Notes under the pieces: model-generated
Seen by the model: only the letters and a program-made list of their open reading frames with translations
Told to the model about the DNA's origin: nothing
Database searches by the model: none
Made by a program: the position numbers and the translations under genes
DNA from: Octopus vulgaris
Lineage: Eukaryota
Direction: 5' to 3'
Assembly: GCA_951406725.2 (NCBI GenBank)
Contig: OX597826.1
Span: 29,388,001 to 29,452,000, forward strand
Length of the DNA stretch: 64,000 bases
In this document: one piece after another, positions 1 to 12,500 of the stretch
How the letters are laid out: each line of letters starts with the position of its first letter
Position numbering within the stretch: the first letter of the stretch is position 1

Positions 1-367
1 CATTTGTTCCAGTGTATTGTGATACAACAGACAACAGTTGTGTAAATGACGATGATAATAATGATGACAGTGATAATGGTCTTTGATATGGGAACAAAAG
101 CAGAAAATTTGAGGAAAGGGGCTTAGCTGATACCATTGAGCCCAGTAATTTATTTTATAGTGGCAAACTGGCAGAATCATTAGAATGTAAAGATGGGCGA
201 ATGCCACCAAGCGTTTTTGTCCAGTATTCTGTGTTCAAATCCTGCTATGGTTGAGTTTTCCTTTCATTCTTATGGGGGTTGATAAAATAAGTACCAGTCA
301 AATACTGGGGTCGATGTAATCGGCTGCTCCTCTCCCCCATAAACTGCTGGCCTTGTACCTAAATTTA

Positions 368-778
368 GGAGCAGCTGTGTGGTAAGTAGCTTGCTTACCA
401 ACCACATGGTTCCGGGTTCAGCCCCACTATGTGGCACCTTGGACAAGTGTCTTCTACTATAGTCTCGGGCCGACCAAAGCCTTGTGAGTGGGTTTGGTAG
501 ATGGAAACTGAAAGAAGCCCATCGTGTGTGTGTGTATATATATATATGTGTGTGTGTATGTGTATATGTTTGTGTGTCTGTTTGTCCCCCACACCAACAT
601 CGCTTAACAACCGATGCTAATGTGTTTACATCCCCGTAACTTAGTGGTTCGGCAAAAGAGATCGATAAAATAAGTACTAGGCTGAAAAAGAATAAGTCCT
701 GGGGTGGATTTGCTCGACTAAAGGTGGTGCTCCAGCATGGCCGCAGTCAAATGACTAAAACAAGTAAAAGATTAAAAA
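368..778 (+). mobile_element. tRNA-derived SINE (Octopus OK-like); many further copies, e.g. 3125-3545, 36620-36800, 53400-53500, 54165-54540
   Basis: Head gctgtgtggtaagtagcttgcttaccaaccacatggttccgggttcag, internal (TG/TA)n, and a 3' tail ending aaacaagtaaaaga; repeated within the window. Confidence 0.8.
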
Positions 779-2071
779 TAAATGTAGGATTTACACGCCG
801 ACCTTGTAAAGCCCTCACCAGCAGCAATTACCCAAATAGACCCCTGGTTTGGAGGGTTGCCTTTTTTGATCCTCCATTGTGGCCCCTTGATTGTCAACCA
901 TTGAACAGAGAGAACTATAGCATTTCATCATGGCACCACCATTGGTGAGCTTACCTTGTTCGTTGTCGTCGTCTGGACGTTACTGTCAAAAGACATAGGA
1001 TTCGCAGGGCCTGTGCCCCAGTTTCCAATGTGTGTAAGTGACAGAGGGATCATAACATCCCCACTGAGTGGACTAAAGCAACATGAATGAAGGGTTTTGC
1101 TTACAAATAATATATACACCACCCTATCCAGGAATTGAAACTGGTTTTGTGGTATTGTGAGCGGAACACCCTAACCTCTAGGCAACACACCAGCACTTGG
1201 CGTGTTACTTACAAATAAATGAATTGTGACTAAAAATGACGACACTGGTTGAAACAGGTGAGGAAATATACTGGATCATTGAAAATATGTTAAATCATTT
1301 GAAAGTGTCATCTTAGTGTGTCCAGGTCAGTCAGTTGTGTAATCACATCGAAACACTTTATTATATTTATCATTTTGAGCTATTGATTTATATCACTCTG
1401 AACAACACTACATACAGCTGGGTGGATTGAATTGATGGCATTATTAAATGCCTGCTCTTCATGGCTGAAATAACAACGATGCTTGCAGAATACAAACTTG
1501 TCGCCTCAATATAGACTGAAATGATATAGCACGACTAAGAGGAAGAACCAGGTATGCGGTTGTCTCCCTTGATAATTATATCTTATACTGATTGATTGAA
1601 CAGCCAAATGATATCAATTTTTTATAAGAAAAACCCCGCAAAACAATGTGAGGTATAAGAAACACTACAAGTCGATGGTTTCTATTTTTTATCTTTTACC
1701 TCATTATTTTGCGGTTAGAATCCCCTTCTTTCGAGAAATCTTTGGAAATACGAGGTTGGAAGCTGACTTTTCTGTTCTGCTATTTATGTATAAAGAGAGC
1801 TATTTTGCATGTGCAAGATAAGATTGTTATTGTAACAAATAAGTAGTAAGCAATTCAGTTCTGTTGTTAATCTGTAATTTGGTCTTGCTAATGATGATGG
1901 CTCTTTTAGTCTCAGATTTCCTCTATTTCATTCTGTGGTGTCAGAAGAAACTTGGATGTCTTGGGTGGTTTTTTTTTTTTTGCTTGTTTGCCATTTATTT
2001 CAGAATAATAGGCATTAATACTTGGTCGGGTTTTTTTGTGTTTATTTAAATTTCTTTTTATTCTCTTCCAG

Positions 2072-2246
2072 GAGTTTTTAGACAGAAGACAAATGACAGA
2101 ATGGGGTAACATTGAACTCATTGATGATGAAGAAGAGGATGGCACACGTAAAAGTATCAGTTTACCTGGTGTTCTCCGAGGAGACATGTCATCCAGACAT
2201 TGGAAGGCAGAAGTTAGAGTTTGCTGTATTCGCTTCTCTCCCACAG
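2072..2246 (+). CDS. PWP2: PWP2 (UTP1, SSU processome WD40 protein) internal exon
   Basis: ttccag|GAG...ACAG|gtaa. Translates EFLDRRQMTEWGNIELIDDEEEDGTRKSISLPGVLRGDMSSRHWKAEVRVCCIRFSPTG, matching the PWP2 C-terminal motifs (MTEFG, LPGV..GDMS.R, FSPTG). Confidence 0.93.
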
Positions 2247-4344
2247 GTAAAACCATTTCCATCATTTCTATTCTGTTATGGATTTCTTTCCATTATTATG
2301 GCTTAAATTAGACAGTTTACAACAGCATTTCTCAACTGGGCTTCCGCAAAAGGTTCCTAGGGCTTCTCCAAGGAGTGAGATTACTATACATGCACATTAT
2401 ATGTGCATGTACATACAATATATATAGGGGAAGAATTCACAAAAAAAAACAACAAAAGATGAAGACAGGTGCTGTAGACATCAGGAAGTGAAAAAGTCTT
2501 TAACGTTTCGAGCCTACGCTCTTCCACAGAAAGGAACCCAGAAAAAAACAAGGAGAGAAAATAATGTGTATTGGCTAGCAATCTATCATGGTGAGTGCTA
2601 GACGGAGGGTTCACACAGGAGAGCTAGGAAGAAGGGGAGACAATAAAGTAGTGGTGATCCCAAAACGAGGGTGTGGGTGTCTGTGGGTGTGGGGCTGGGA
2701 AGTGGTCAGTGGTGGTGTGATGATATATTTTAAAAACTTCCAAATATTTGGGTGGCAACAACCAGCATTTGATGAAAAACAAACCAGCGTTTGATAAATA
2801 GCGGCTCATACCCAGGAAAATACGGTACACATCAGGAGTATTTGTCCTAGGGGGTTGTTGTCTATGGGGGAGTAAACGTCCTAGACTCATTCATGCTCTA
2901 GACTGCATTCCTGCTTTGAAAGGAAAAGGATACACACCAACTCTGAAACAAGTCAAATGTCTTGGTTATCTATTGGGATCCAGTTGTATCATAGTGCCAC
3001 ATGGTTGAGGACCAAACTGTGCAGTGTAACCTGCAGTGAGCGAGTTGTTGTATAGGATGCAGTGTAGTGGTGAAGACATGGTGCAGTTTCTCCCTTGCCC
3101 AGTCTGTTTCTGTTTGCAGAAATAACTCTTTACTCTTTTACTTGTTTCAGTCATTTGACTGTTGCCATGCTGGCCCACCACCTTTAGTCGACCAAATCAA
3201 CCCAGGGACTTATTTTTGTAAGCCTAGTACTTATTCAATCAGTCTCATTTGCTGAACCGCTAAGTTACAGGGATGTAAACACACCTGTATTGGTTGTCAA
3301 GCGATGTTGGGGTGGGGGACAAACACAGACATACAAACATATGCACGCACACACACACACACATGTATATACACACATATATATGACAGGCTTCTTTCAG
3401 TTTCTGTCTACCAAATCCACTCACAAGGCTTTGGTCGGCCTGAGGCTATTGTAGAAGACACTTGCCCAAGATGCCACGCAGTGGGACTGAACCAAGAACC
3501 AAGTGGTTCGTTAGCAAGCTACTTATTACACAGCCACTCCAGCGCCTATAAAGTTTTTTTGTTTTTTTTTTTGTAGTTTTAAGTTCTAGCATTCATTGGG
3601 GGCCAGTTACTTGGCTAATGCATGTGATTGATGTCTGTTTCACCATCATCATTATCTTCACCTGATGTCTCTGTTCCCAGTTGCCATGGGTTGAATTTTC
3701 TGACAAGATCTGATTGATTTGAAGTCTGCTTTGGCATGCTATCTACAGCTGGATGCCTACCTTCCTAGTACCAACAACTCTACAAGTACTAAGCATTTTG
3801 AATGACACCAGCACTAATGAAGTTGCTATTCAGCTTGCAAAACTAAGACCTCTTCAACCAAATGGGGCTGCATTAAAGAAGGTGGCCCCTTTAGCATTCA
3901 GATTATTTTGTCAAAAGAAATGCTTATTTATTCACATTGTTTTGAATTACTTTTGCATTATCTTGTAACTTCAAGATTTCAATGACATGATTGTTTTATT
4001 TTGAGAATGGCATTGTGGGTGAGGTGTGAGAAGCTAGATCCGGCCAGTTTGAACTTAAAACAGTTAAAATATTTGGTCCTGGTTTGATTGGTTTAAATGC
4101 TAAAAGATTAATTCACCAAGATGACAACATTCCCCCTGGATAAGATAGTAGTCCTTCACAGGATTACTCACAGCTGATGGAACTAGAGAAACACGAAATG
4201 AAGTGTTTTATTCAAGAACACATCACACTGCTGGTCTGGGAATTGAAATCACACTCTTGTAATCATGAGTGCAGCTCCTTAACTACTTTGCCACATGCTT
4301 TCACTACTGTTAACATGATTTCTGTTTATTTCTTTATCAACCAG

Positions 4345-4563
4345 GTCGTGCATGGGCAGCAACTTCAACCGAGGGTCTTCTTGTCTATTCACTCGATCAC
4401 AGCCTTACATTTGATCCATTCGAACTTGAAGTAGACATCACTCCTGACAAGATACGGCACACCTTAAAAGAAAAAGATTATTCAGCTGCCCTCATGCTCA
4501 GTTTCCGCCTCAATGAACATCCCATCATTCAGGAAGTATTGGAACAAATCCCACTCAATGATG
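4345..4563 (+). CDS. PWP2: PWP2 internal exon
   Basis: ccag|GT CGT...GAT G|gtaag, phase 1 to phase 1. Translates (G)RAWAATSTEGLLVYSLDHSLTFDPFELEVDITPDKIRHTLKEKDYSAALMLSFRLNEHPIIQEVLEQIPLND. Confidence 0.93.
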
Positions 4564-4610
4564 GTAAGTTTCGATGTCAGCTAATGAAGCCAGCAGAATG
4601 GTATTCTGGT

Positions 4611-5113
4611 TACCGTAAATCCTCGCGTATTGTCTGCCCTTGAGTATAATACACAGGGGATTTGTAGGGGACTGTACCTCTGAAAAACCTAAATCTTGTG
4701 TATAATACGCACCCCTTCTCTAACTTGAGTTGTGCGTAATTAAGCCAGCAGCTCCTAGTCAAACAAACACTTCTGTGCTTGCGTAATACAATAATGGGAA
4801 TGTAAATATGTTTGCAAATTGTTTTTGTTACATGTTATTCTGTGTTCTGAATACTTTTATTTTAATAAATGTTGCTCACTGCAAGTTATGGATGATTCTT
4901 TTATGACTTCATTGCTTTCAGGCTTAGCTTAAGGTATTTTCACGCCTGACATCACAAAATGCGTCTGAATAAACATTGCCGGACAGCAAATAGAGACTCG
5001 GACATTGCTTAGAAAATATTTTTCATTTTTGATCTCGTATATAGTACACACTAGGGATTTTGACCTTTAAATTTTGGGGAAAAAATGCAGATTATACTCA
5101 AGGATTTACGGTA
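4611..5113. mobile_element. MITE (pogo/Tigger-like termini)
   Basis: Inverted termini taccgtaaatcct...aggatttacggta. Confidence 0.7.
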
Positions 5114-5688
5114 ATTAGTTCTTCAAATTGAATTTCTGGGCCACTGCATAACTGTTATCTTATTGTATGGCATTAAACCTTTTGCTCCTTTTTTTGTATG
5201 GCATTAAACCTTTTGCTCCTAATTTTTTTTTTTATTGTAATATACTGCCTTTATTTCATTAAATAATTTTTGAAAATATTGAAGAATTTAATAAAAATGA
5301 CTTTGACAATATTAAACTGGTTTTAAGACTGAATTAAAATGAAAATTTGGTTGAAGATTTTAATTTAGATCACTTCAAAATAGGGAAGTTAGTGTCACAG
5401 AAACAAGGGTTCGTGTCTGGCAGGTTGGTACTAAGAGGGTTAGCTACCAATGCCTTTGGGAGAAACAAAATTAATAACCTTATGACCTCTGAAACCTAGA
5501 GGTCAAAAGGTCATCAGATCAGAAGATATTACTTCTGCCAAAATATCCATAAATAATACCTGCTCGCTTCATAAGTGTATAAAAAATTTCATGGTAACCA
5601 ATACGAAAAAAAACAACTTTATTTTTAAAAATGGGGGAAATATAAATTGTTTTGTGCTAAAATGGATTTTTTCTTTTTTTCTTTGTAG

Positions 5689-5914
5689 TTTTGATTATTT
5701 GCCAGAATCTCCACTCCACCTACGTCGATAAACTTCTGTTCTTCATCAGTGGTCAGATTGAACAGTCAGCTCACATACAATATTATCTCACCTGGCTAGA
5801 ACACCTTCTTGTTTCCCATGGGCCGGCCTTAAAACAACGGTCTGCTTCAATTATGGCCACACTGCGGTCAATACAGAAAGCTACCAAGATCAAGTACGAT
5901 GACATTGGTAAAAT
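5689..5914 (+). CDS. PWP2: PWP2 internal exon (Utp12 domain region)
   Basis: ttgtag|TT TTG...AAA AT|gtgagt. Translates VLIICQNLHSTYVDKLLFFISGQIEQSAHIQYYLTWLEHLLVSHGPALK...YDDIGK. Confidence 0.92.
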
Positions 5915-8677
5915 GTGAGTGGTCATTTTGGTACTTTAGCACCTTTCAATTTAACCATTTTTTTTGTGAAAACAAGGGATTGGCCAGAACATATAAAATT
6001 AACAAAGACAAGTTAATAATTTATTATCCAAAACAGATATAGATAATCCATCATTGCCAGCGACACCTTACTGGCACATGAAAAACAACATTTGAGCGTG
6101 GTCGTTGCCAATGCCATCGGACTGGCTCCCATGCAAGTGGCACGTAAAAAACACCTTTTGAGCATGGTCGTTGCCAGTACCACCTGACTGGCCCTTATGC
6201 CGGTGGCATGTAAAAGCACCCACTACACTCTCAAAGTGGTTGGCGTTAGGAAGAGCATCCAGCTGTAGAAACTTTGCCAGATCAGATCAGATTGGAGCCC
6301 GGTGCAGCCTTCTGGCTTGCCAGTCCTCAGTCAAACCATCCAGCCCATGCTAGCATGGAAAGCTAATGTTACACGACGACAATGATGATGATGATGATGA
6401 TGATGATCCTACACAAAAATGCAAATTTATCACCGAGTGAGTAGCCGGGTACCTCATGATCCCTTCAGCAAATTGGCTTCTTCGAACTTATCTGTCAGCA
6501 CCTTCAGTTTTGGCTGAACATCAAAGTCTTTTCATCACTGATGGAATTCTAGTGTTGTTTTTCTCAAAATCTATCACTTTTGTGTTTGGTAAAATCTTCC
6601 ATTTCTTCCTCCATCAGATCATTTCCTCTTGTTCTCCTTCAGTTCATTACGACACCCATTCTTAGTTTCTCAACACCTGGTTTCTAGTTAAACCAACCTT
6701 CCTGCTACTCACTTCTCTCATTTGAGGAGGTTTTACCTTTTTCTCCGTCCTGTGAGTGCTGGCGCCATGGGAAAGACACCCATTTCTCTCTTTAAAGTGG
6801 TCAGTATTAGGAAAGACATCCAGCCATAGAAGCCATTTCAAAGCTGACATTGTACTCCAGCTTGTCACAGTCTGTTAAGTTTTCTATCCCTTGCCAGCAT
6901 GAAAGATGGACATTAACTCTTTCGTTACCGTATTTCTTTTGAGATGCTCTGTGTTTCTTTCAATTAATTTAAATCTAACAAAGAATTTAGTAAAATAACT
7001 TAGTTATCATTAAGCTAGTGTTAGGAATTTAAATTGTGACTAAAGTTTGGTGGAAGATTTTAATTCAAAACTCATGAAAACAAGACATTTGTACTCAGAG
7101 CCAGAGCCAGTTTCAGCCAGGTTGGTATCAAAAGGGTTAAATGAGGATGATAGTAATATGCGTATGTAGTTATATATCCTGACATGTTTTGTAATTTTCT
7201 TTTCTATGATGGGTTTTATAGCCAATGTGTGAGCCTTTTGTCTCCAATAAAGAAAAGATTAAATGAACTTTAGGCTAATTAAAATATGTTTGTAACATGT
7301 TTCTACTCCTAAAGGCAAATTCACCCAGTTACCATGGGGAAAAGAATTCTCATTTATAGTAAAAAGTGTAATATCTGGTTTGTATCTCCCCTTAGCAGAC
7401 TCCCAGGCCTGTTTCTGGCTCTTTAGCTTTCTTCAGTTGGAGATTCTGAAGAGAGTTAACTCAAGCAGATTCTAAAGCCATAGCTTTATCTTAAAACAGT
7501 CAACATCAGTGACTGAGTTGCTCTTTTTATAGCCAGTTTGGCTACTGTTTGTGTAACACTACTTTTATATGTTTCTTATTTGGAAATAGATAATAAATAT
7601 ATTTTACTTTTGAAGAAGGAATATATATTGATAAACACATCACTTATAACTTACTTATAAGTGTTATCATTATACATAAATCCTGACTCCAGCTACATAA
7701 ACGCCATAGTGAGAAATATATACTCTGAAATGCTAACAGACATTTTATGCGTGCATAAACACTATACAAACGCTGTAAAAAATTCAGTTTCATAATTGCA
7801 GAAATAAATTTCATTAACAAGTTGAAGAAAGAGAAAATAATTACTACTTTAGTTTATTTATGTACATTTAGTATTTATAGTACAATTGGAAAAGTAAAGT
7901 CATTTTGTCGTAGAGAGTTACAACTTACAATTCACACTAGCTAATCCTTCATACTAATTACTAGAGTTCACAATAATTCAAATAAGTCTTGTTGGATTTT
8001 TATCATAGACATAGCATAAAAAATAACCAATATCTCAAGGAGTGAATGTCATGGAGTTTAGTAACATCCTATGATCACTAATTTCCTAAAAATCAGAGTT
8101 TTTGTAACTGCTCATATCCGAATTCTAAGAACCATATTTCGTGAAAGATTTCTTTGATGAAAGTTTAGAATTCGTATATGGGCATTTGCCCGAACAAGCA
8201 TAATTGTTGCCTTTTATGACTTGCTACACTCTCATGGACCATTTGTTTGAAACAAATATAATGGAATCAACACCAAGTTGTGATAAGGAATAAACAAACT
8301 TTAGGATAGGTGAAATATAACTATTTCATGATAAAGCTACAACTCTAGAATTTGCTCAAGTAATCTCTCTTTGGTATCTCCTGCTGAGGAAATATAAAGA
8401 TTCTGAGAGTCTGTTAAGGGAAGATACTAACCAGATATGGTGCTTTTATTACCTTTTACTATAAGTGAAAATTTTTCTCAATGGTAACTACAGTAAAATA
8501 GCCTTTAGAAGTTGAAATATGTCACAAACATATTAACTAACCTTAAGTTTGTTTATTCCTCCTTGTTGTTTCGCGCTAATACCATTGTGAAGAAAGGATT
8601 ATTTGTGTTGTTGTTGTTATTGTTAGTAGTAGTTTCATTGTTATAAATCAAAATATTGTTCCTATCTTCTCCTCCAG

Positions 8678-8888
8678 TTGTGAACACAATGAATTCACCA
8701 TGCAGTACCTGCTAAAACAAAGCCACTTGAAGCGGAAAAGGGCTGAAGAGAACTCTAAATCTAAGGGTTCGTCTGACAATGATGAGAATGATGAAGGCAT
8801 GGAAAGTGAATCAGAAGATGGCAGTGGTGTGACAGACTCTTCAAATATATTTGTAAGCAAATGGTCAGATGATGACAGTGACAGCTAA
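8678..8888 (+). CDS. PWP2: PWP2 terminal coding exon with acidic tail
   Basis: ctccag|T TGT (phase 2 matches the previous donor). Translates CEHNEFTMQYLLKQSHLKRKRAEENSKSKG...DDDSDS*. Confidence 0.9.
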
Positions 8889-8910
8889 CAGAGGGCCTCG
8901 ATATTTTTGT

Positions 8911-8916
8911 AATAAA
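8911..8916 (+). promoter_or_regulatory. Likely PWP2 polyadenylation signal
   Basis: AATAAA about 22 nt after the stop codon, followed by GT-rich sequence (tgttgcaatttgtggatgt). Confidence 0.6.
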
Positions 8917-9495
8917 GTTAAAATGCTATCTTACTGAAGTTGTTGCAATTTGTGGATGTATTTATTTAATTTTTACCTTTTACATGTTTCACTCATTGAT
9001 CTGTGGCCTAGCTGAGGTAATTCCTTGAAGTACCCCAGTACTTGTTTTTGTTTTTTTGTCTTTTTTAAAAATCTTTTGCTTATTCTGTTGATCTCTTGTG
9101 GGGATGTAAACAAACCAACATCAGTTGTCAAACAGTGGGAGTGACACAAATGCAACATAAACACAAGCACATTAACGCACACATGGGCTTCTTTCAGTTT
9201 CCACCTTCCAAATCTGCTCACAAGTCTTTTGTCAGGCAGGGGCTGTAGTAGAAGGCACTTTCCCAAGAAAGCAGCCCCCCCCCCAACATTCACCACCTCC
9301 ACCACCACTACTGATATTGAAGGGGTGAGGCGGAATGAGATGTAAAACTGAAAACCAACAACAGTGAAATGGAGGTCACAGTCTTCAATTTACTGTGAAA
9401 CTAAATTCTAATTAACAGTCCCCATTAACAAGAAATAAATCAATAGAATAATCACCATATTTGTTTTTAAATATTTTATTTTTCTTCTTCAGTAA

Positions 9496-9539
9496 CTATG
9501 AATGGAGCAAAGTAGTGTTTTGTAGGCAAAGAAACCAAT
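9496..9539 (-). CDS. Candidate terminal exon
   Basis: atacag|AT TGG...TAG, phase 1. Translates (Y)[19 protein letters not shown] on the - strand at 9475-9480. Confidence 0.45.
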
Positions 9540-12500
9540 CTGTATGGTTTTCGTTACTCTTTACAATTATCGTTAAAAATTTTTTTCAATGTATCATATA
9601 GATGTCACTTTTGATGCTAGATCTAAATTTCCTATTCGTTTATTCCAGAAAAATTTTGCAAAAACGTTACAGGTGTTCATCGTTTGATAATTTTCAACCA
9701 ATCAGAAAACAGTGCATTCATTGCCTCTTCCATCATTGGGAAGTGGGGGGGGGGGGCATCAGCATGTCAAGACATTCTTACGCACACATACTACTCACAC
9801 AAAGTTGAAAAGCTGTTTTTATTTTCATTTTCAGCATTGAATATTCACCATCCCACTTCCATTGCACACACATCTTCCTTTTACATACGCACACACATAT
9901 ACTCACACAGAGTTGAAACTCTCCCACTACCAGTTTGTCATCACCCCTTCCTTCCTTATTCATCTGTCACCCCTTCCTTTCTCATTCATATGTTATGATG
10001 GAGAAAAAACATTTTTCTAAAAGATTATCTTTGTCTTATCTTCTTCTCTTCCTTGTGTGCATGTGCAGCATCTTTGGTTACTATGGAAATACAGTTTATC
10101 ACCATGGTGATGTGTAAAATACTTGTTTCTGATTGGTTAAAATACCCAAATTTTGCAAATTTTAAAGGCTAATAATTTTTTAATTATGGATTTATAGAAA
10201 AAAAACGAACCTCATTTTCATAATTAGTAGATAACATTTAATCCATATTCCAAATTTGAAAACAATTGGAACAAAATCTTAAACAGTGACGAGAACCACA
10301 AAAATCCAAAGAAACAAACAAACTAGCAAAACAGAAAAATAATCCTTTGATACCAAATTGAGTACTTTGGTTGTTATGGAATAATATCAAAGGTGGTGGT
10401 GGTGGTGGTTGTTGGTTGAGGAGGTGGTGGTGGTATTTCAGTTTTCTGGTTGAAAGCAGGAACTCTGCCTGAAATCAGTTTAGAAATATAAAGGTTGTTA
10501 ATGATCAAATGATGAAAATTAGTTAAATTAGTTAAATATAGAAAACATCCAATATGAAGCTGGTAATTAACTGTATAACTGCATATATGCATCCTTATAC
10601 CCTTGTCTGAGACATTAACCACGCCTACTTATCCATATTCCTTGGCTTAATGAGACACTAACCACAACCCCATTCGTATACATCAGTCTAATGTAACATT
10701 GACCATATCCTCTTGTCCATATGACATTTTAATTATTAACCACACCTCTGGCCATATACATCACTCTAATTTAGCAGTAACCACACCTACTTCTTCATAT
10801 ATTGCATTTTAATTAGGTGTTAGCCACACCCACTTACCCTGTGTAGTGGTGTCGGTTGGTCTTAGACAAATTACCATGCTTAATTAAATTAAGATTATTT
10901 AAAACAGTGTTTGGTAAATTGCAACACACAGACTTTCTGAATGGCACCCCTAACAAAAGATAACCCTTAATTTTATTAGTAGTGCAGTCCACCTGATGAT
11001 GAACCATGTCTTAATGTGGCCCACTTCTCAAAAAAGGTTATCCATTCCCTGCTTTAGAATTTTTAAACTTGTCCGAATAACCATGGCTAAGAAAGAATTA
11101 CATAGATACAAACCCCTGTTTTGTCTTCTCATTAATAAAATGTGGGTGGAAAAGATTTTGGTAATTTTTGATGAAGGGTGTTACTGTATTAATGGTATCA
11201 AGTTTGGAGGGCTTGCAAATGTTATGGGCACTGCCCTGCCCCTGTCTTCAGACTCATCTTTTGTCTTTCCTTTCATTTTTTTTTCCATGTTTCATTCATG
11301 CTTGGGCATTGTCTTGAAGGGTTTTACTCAATCAGGTTGACCCCACTACTTGGTTTAAAGCCTGGTACTTATTATATTGGTCTCTTTTGCCAACCTATTA
11401 AATTACAGGGATATAAACAAACCAGCACTGGTTGTGATGGGGTGGGGAGACTGACATGAATATACACTTTTTTCTAATCTTTCTGTCTTTACACTCACTG
11501 GATTTGACAGGCCATGCAGATCCTTCATCAGGAATCTGCTCTGCACACCTCTTTCTATAATTTTCCCTTGTCCCCTAGCATGAAGATGAACCCCTCCCCC
11601 TCTCTCCAACACATTTCCCCCAGGGCTCGTAGTCCTGTCAACTGCATGGCAGTCTTAATAGTGCAGGTGACGAGAAAAAGTACCCAGTCCATACTGTAGA
11701 GTTATTGGTGTTATGAAGGGCATCCAGCCATAAAAACTATGCCGAAGTAGATATTGGAGCTTGATGCAGTCTTTGGACACAATGCATCCTGTCAAACTAT
11801 CCAACGCATGCCGTCATGGAACATGGACTTCGAATGATGATAATATCAAATAGATGTCTCTGTGTATGTGTGATGGGATTCCACACAATTTCTGTTTAAC
11901 AAATCCATTCACAAGGCTTTGGTAAGCCCGTGGTTGTAGTAGACACTTGTATAAGGTGGCATTCTGTTGGACAGAACCTGAAATTGTGCAGTTGCAAAGC
12001 AAGCTTCTTATCCCCACAGTTCAAGAACCATGGTATTACTCCCCCCGTTTATAGTTTCTGCTGAGAGACCTGAAAGTTCTTACCATTTTTATTTCAAATG
12101 TAAACACAGGGAACTCACTGATATACATGTCTGTAGCAACTGAAAGCATAAACCCTATGAAAATGCATTGGAACTTGAGATTTTGAATACTTACAAGCAA
12201 GGAACTGGTAACCGAGTTTTGTGAGAGATTTCTGGAGTTGTTCTTGATCGTATTTTTGCCAACATTCCAAGACAGAAAAGCACTTTTCTCGAAGAGATAG
12301 ATCGACACGTTTGTCAATGTTTACCTGTGTTTCTTCTGAAATACCCAGGTATGTGGCCAGTTCTTGCCATCTGATTGCCAGAGCTTTAGAACGGCAAAGG
12401 AAATCAAAGAATTTCTTTTTCTCACAATCTGCAAAAAACCATGGAATTTATGCATTCAATTAATTCGAAGTTTTCTATCAAATGTAAAACTTATTTATTC

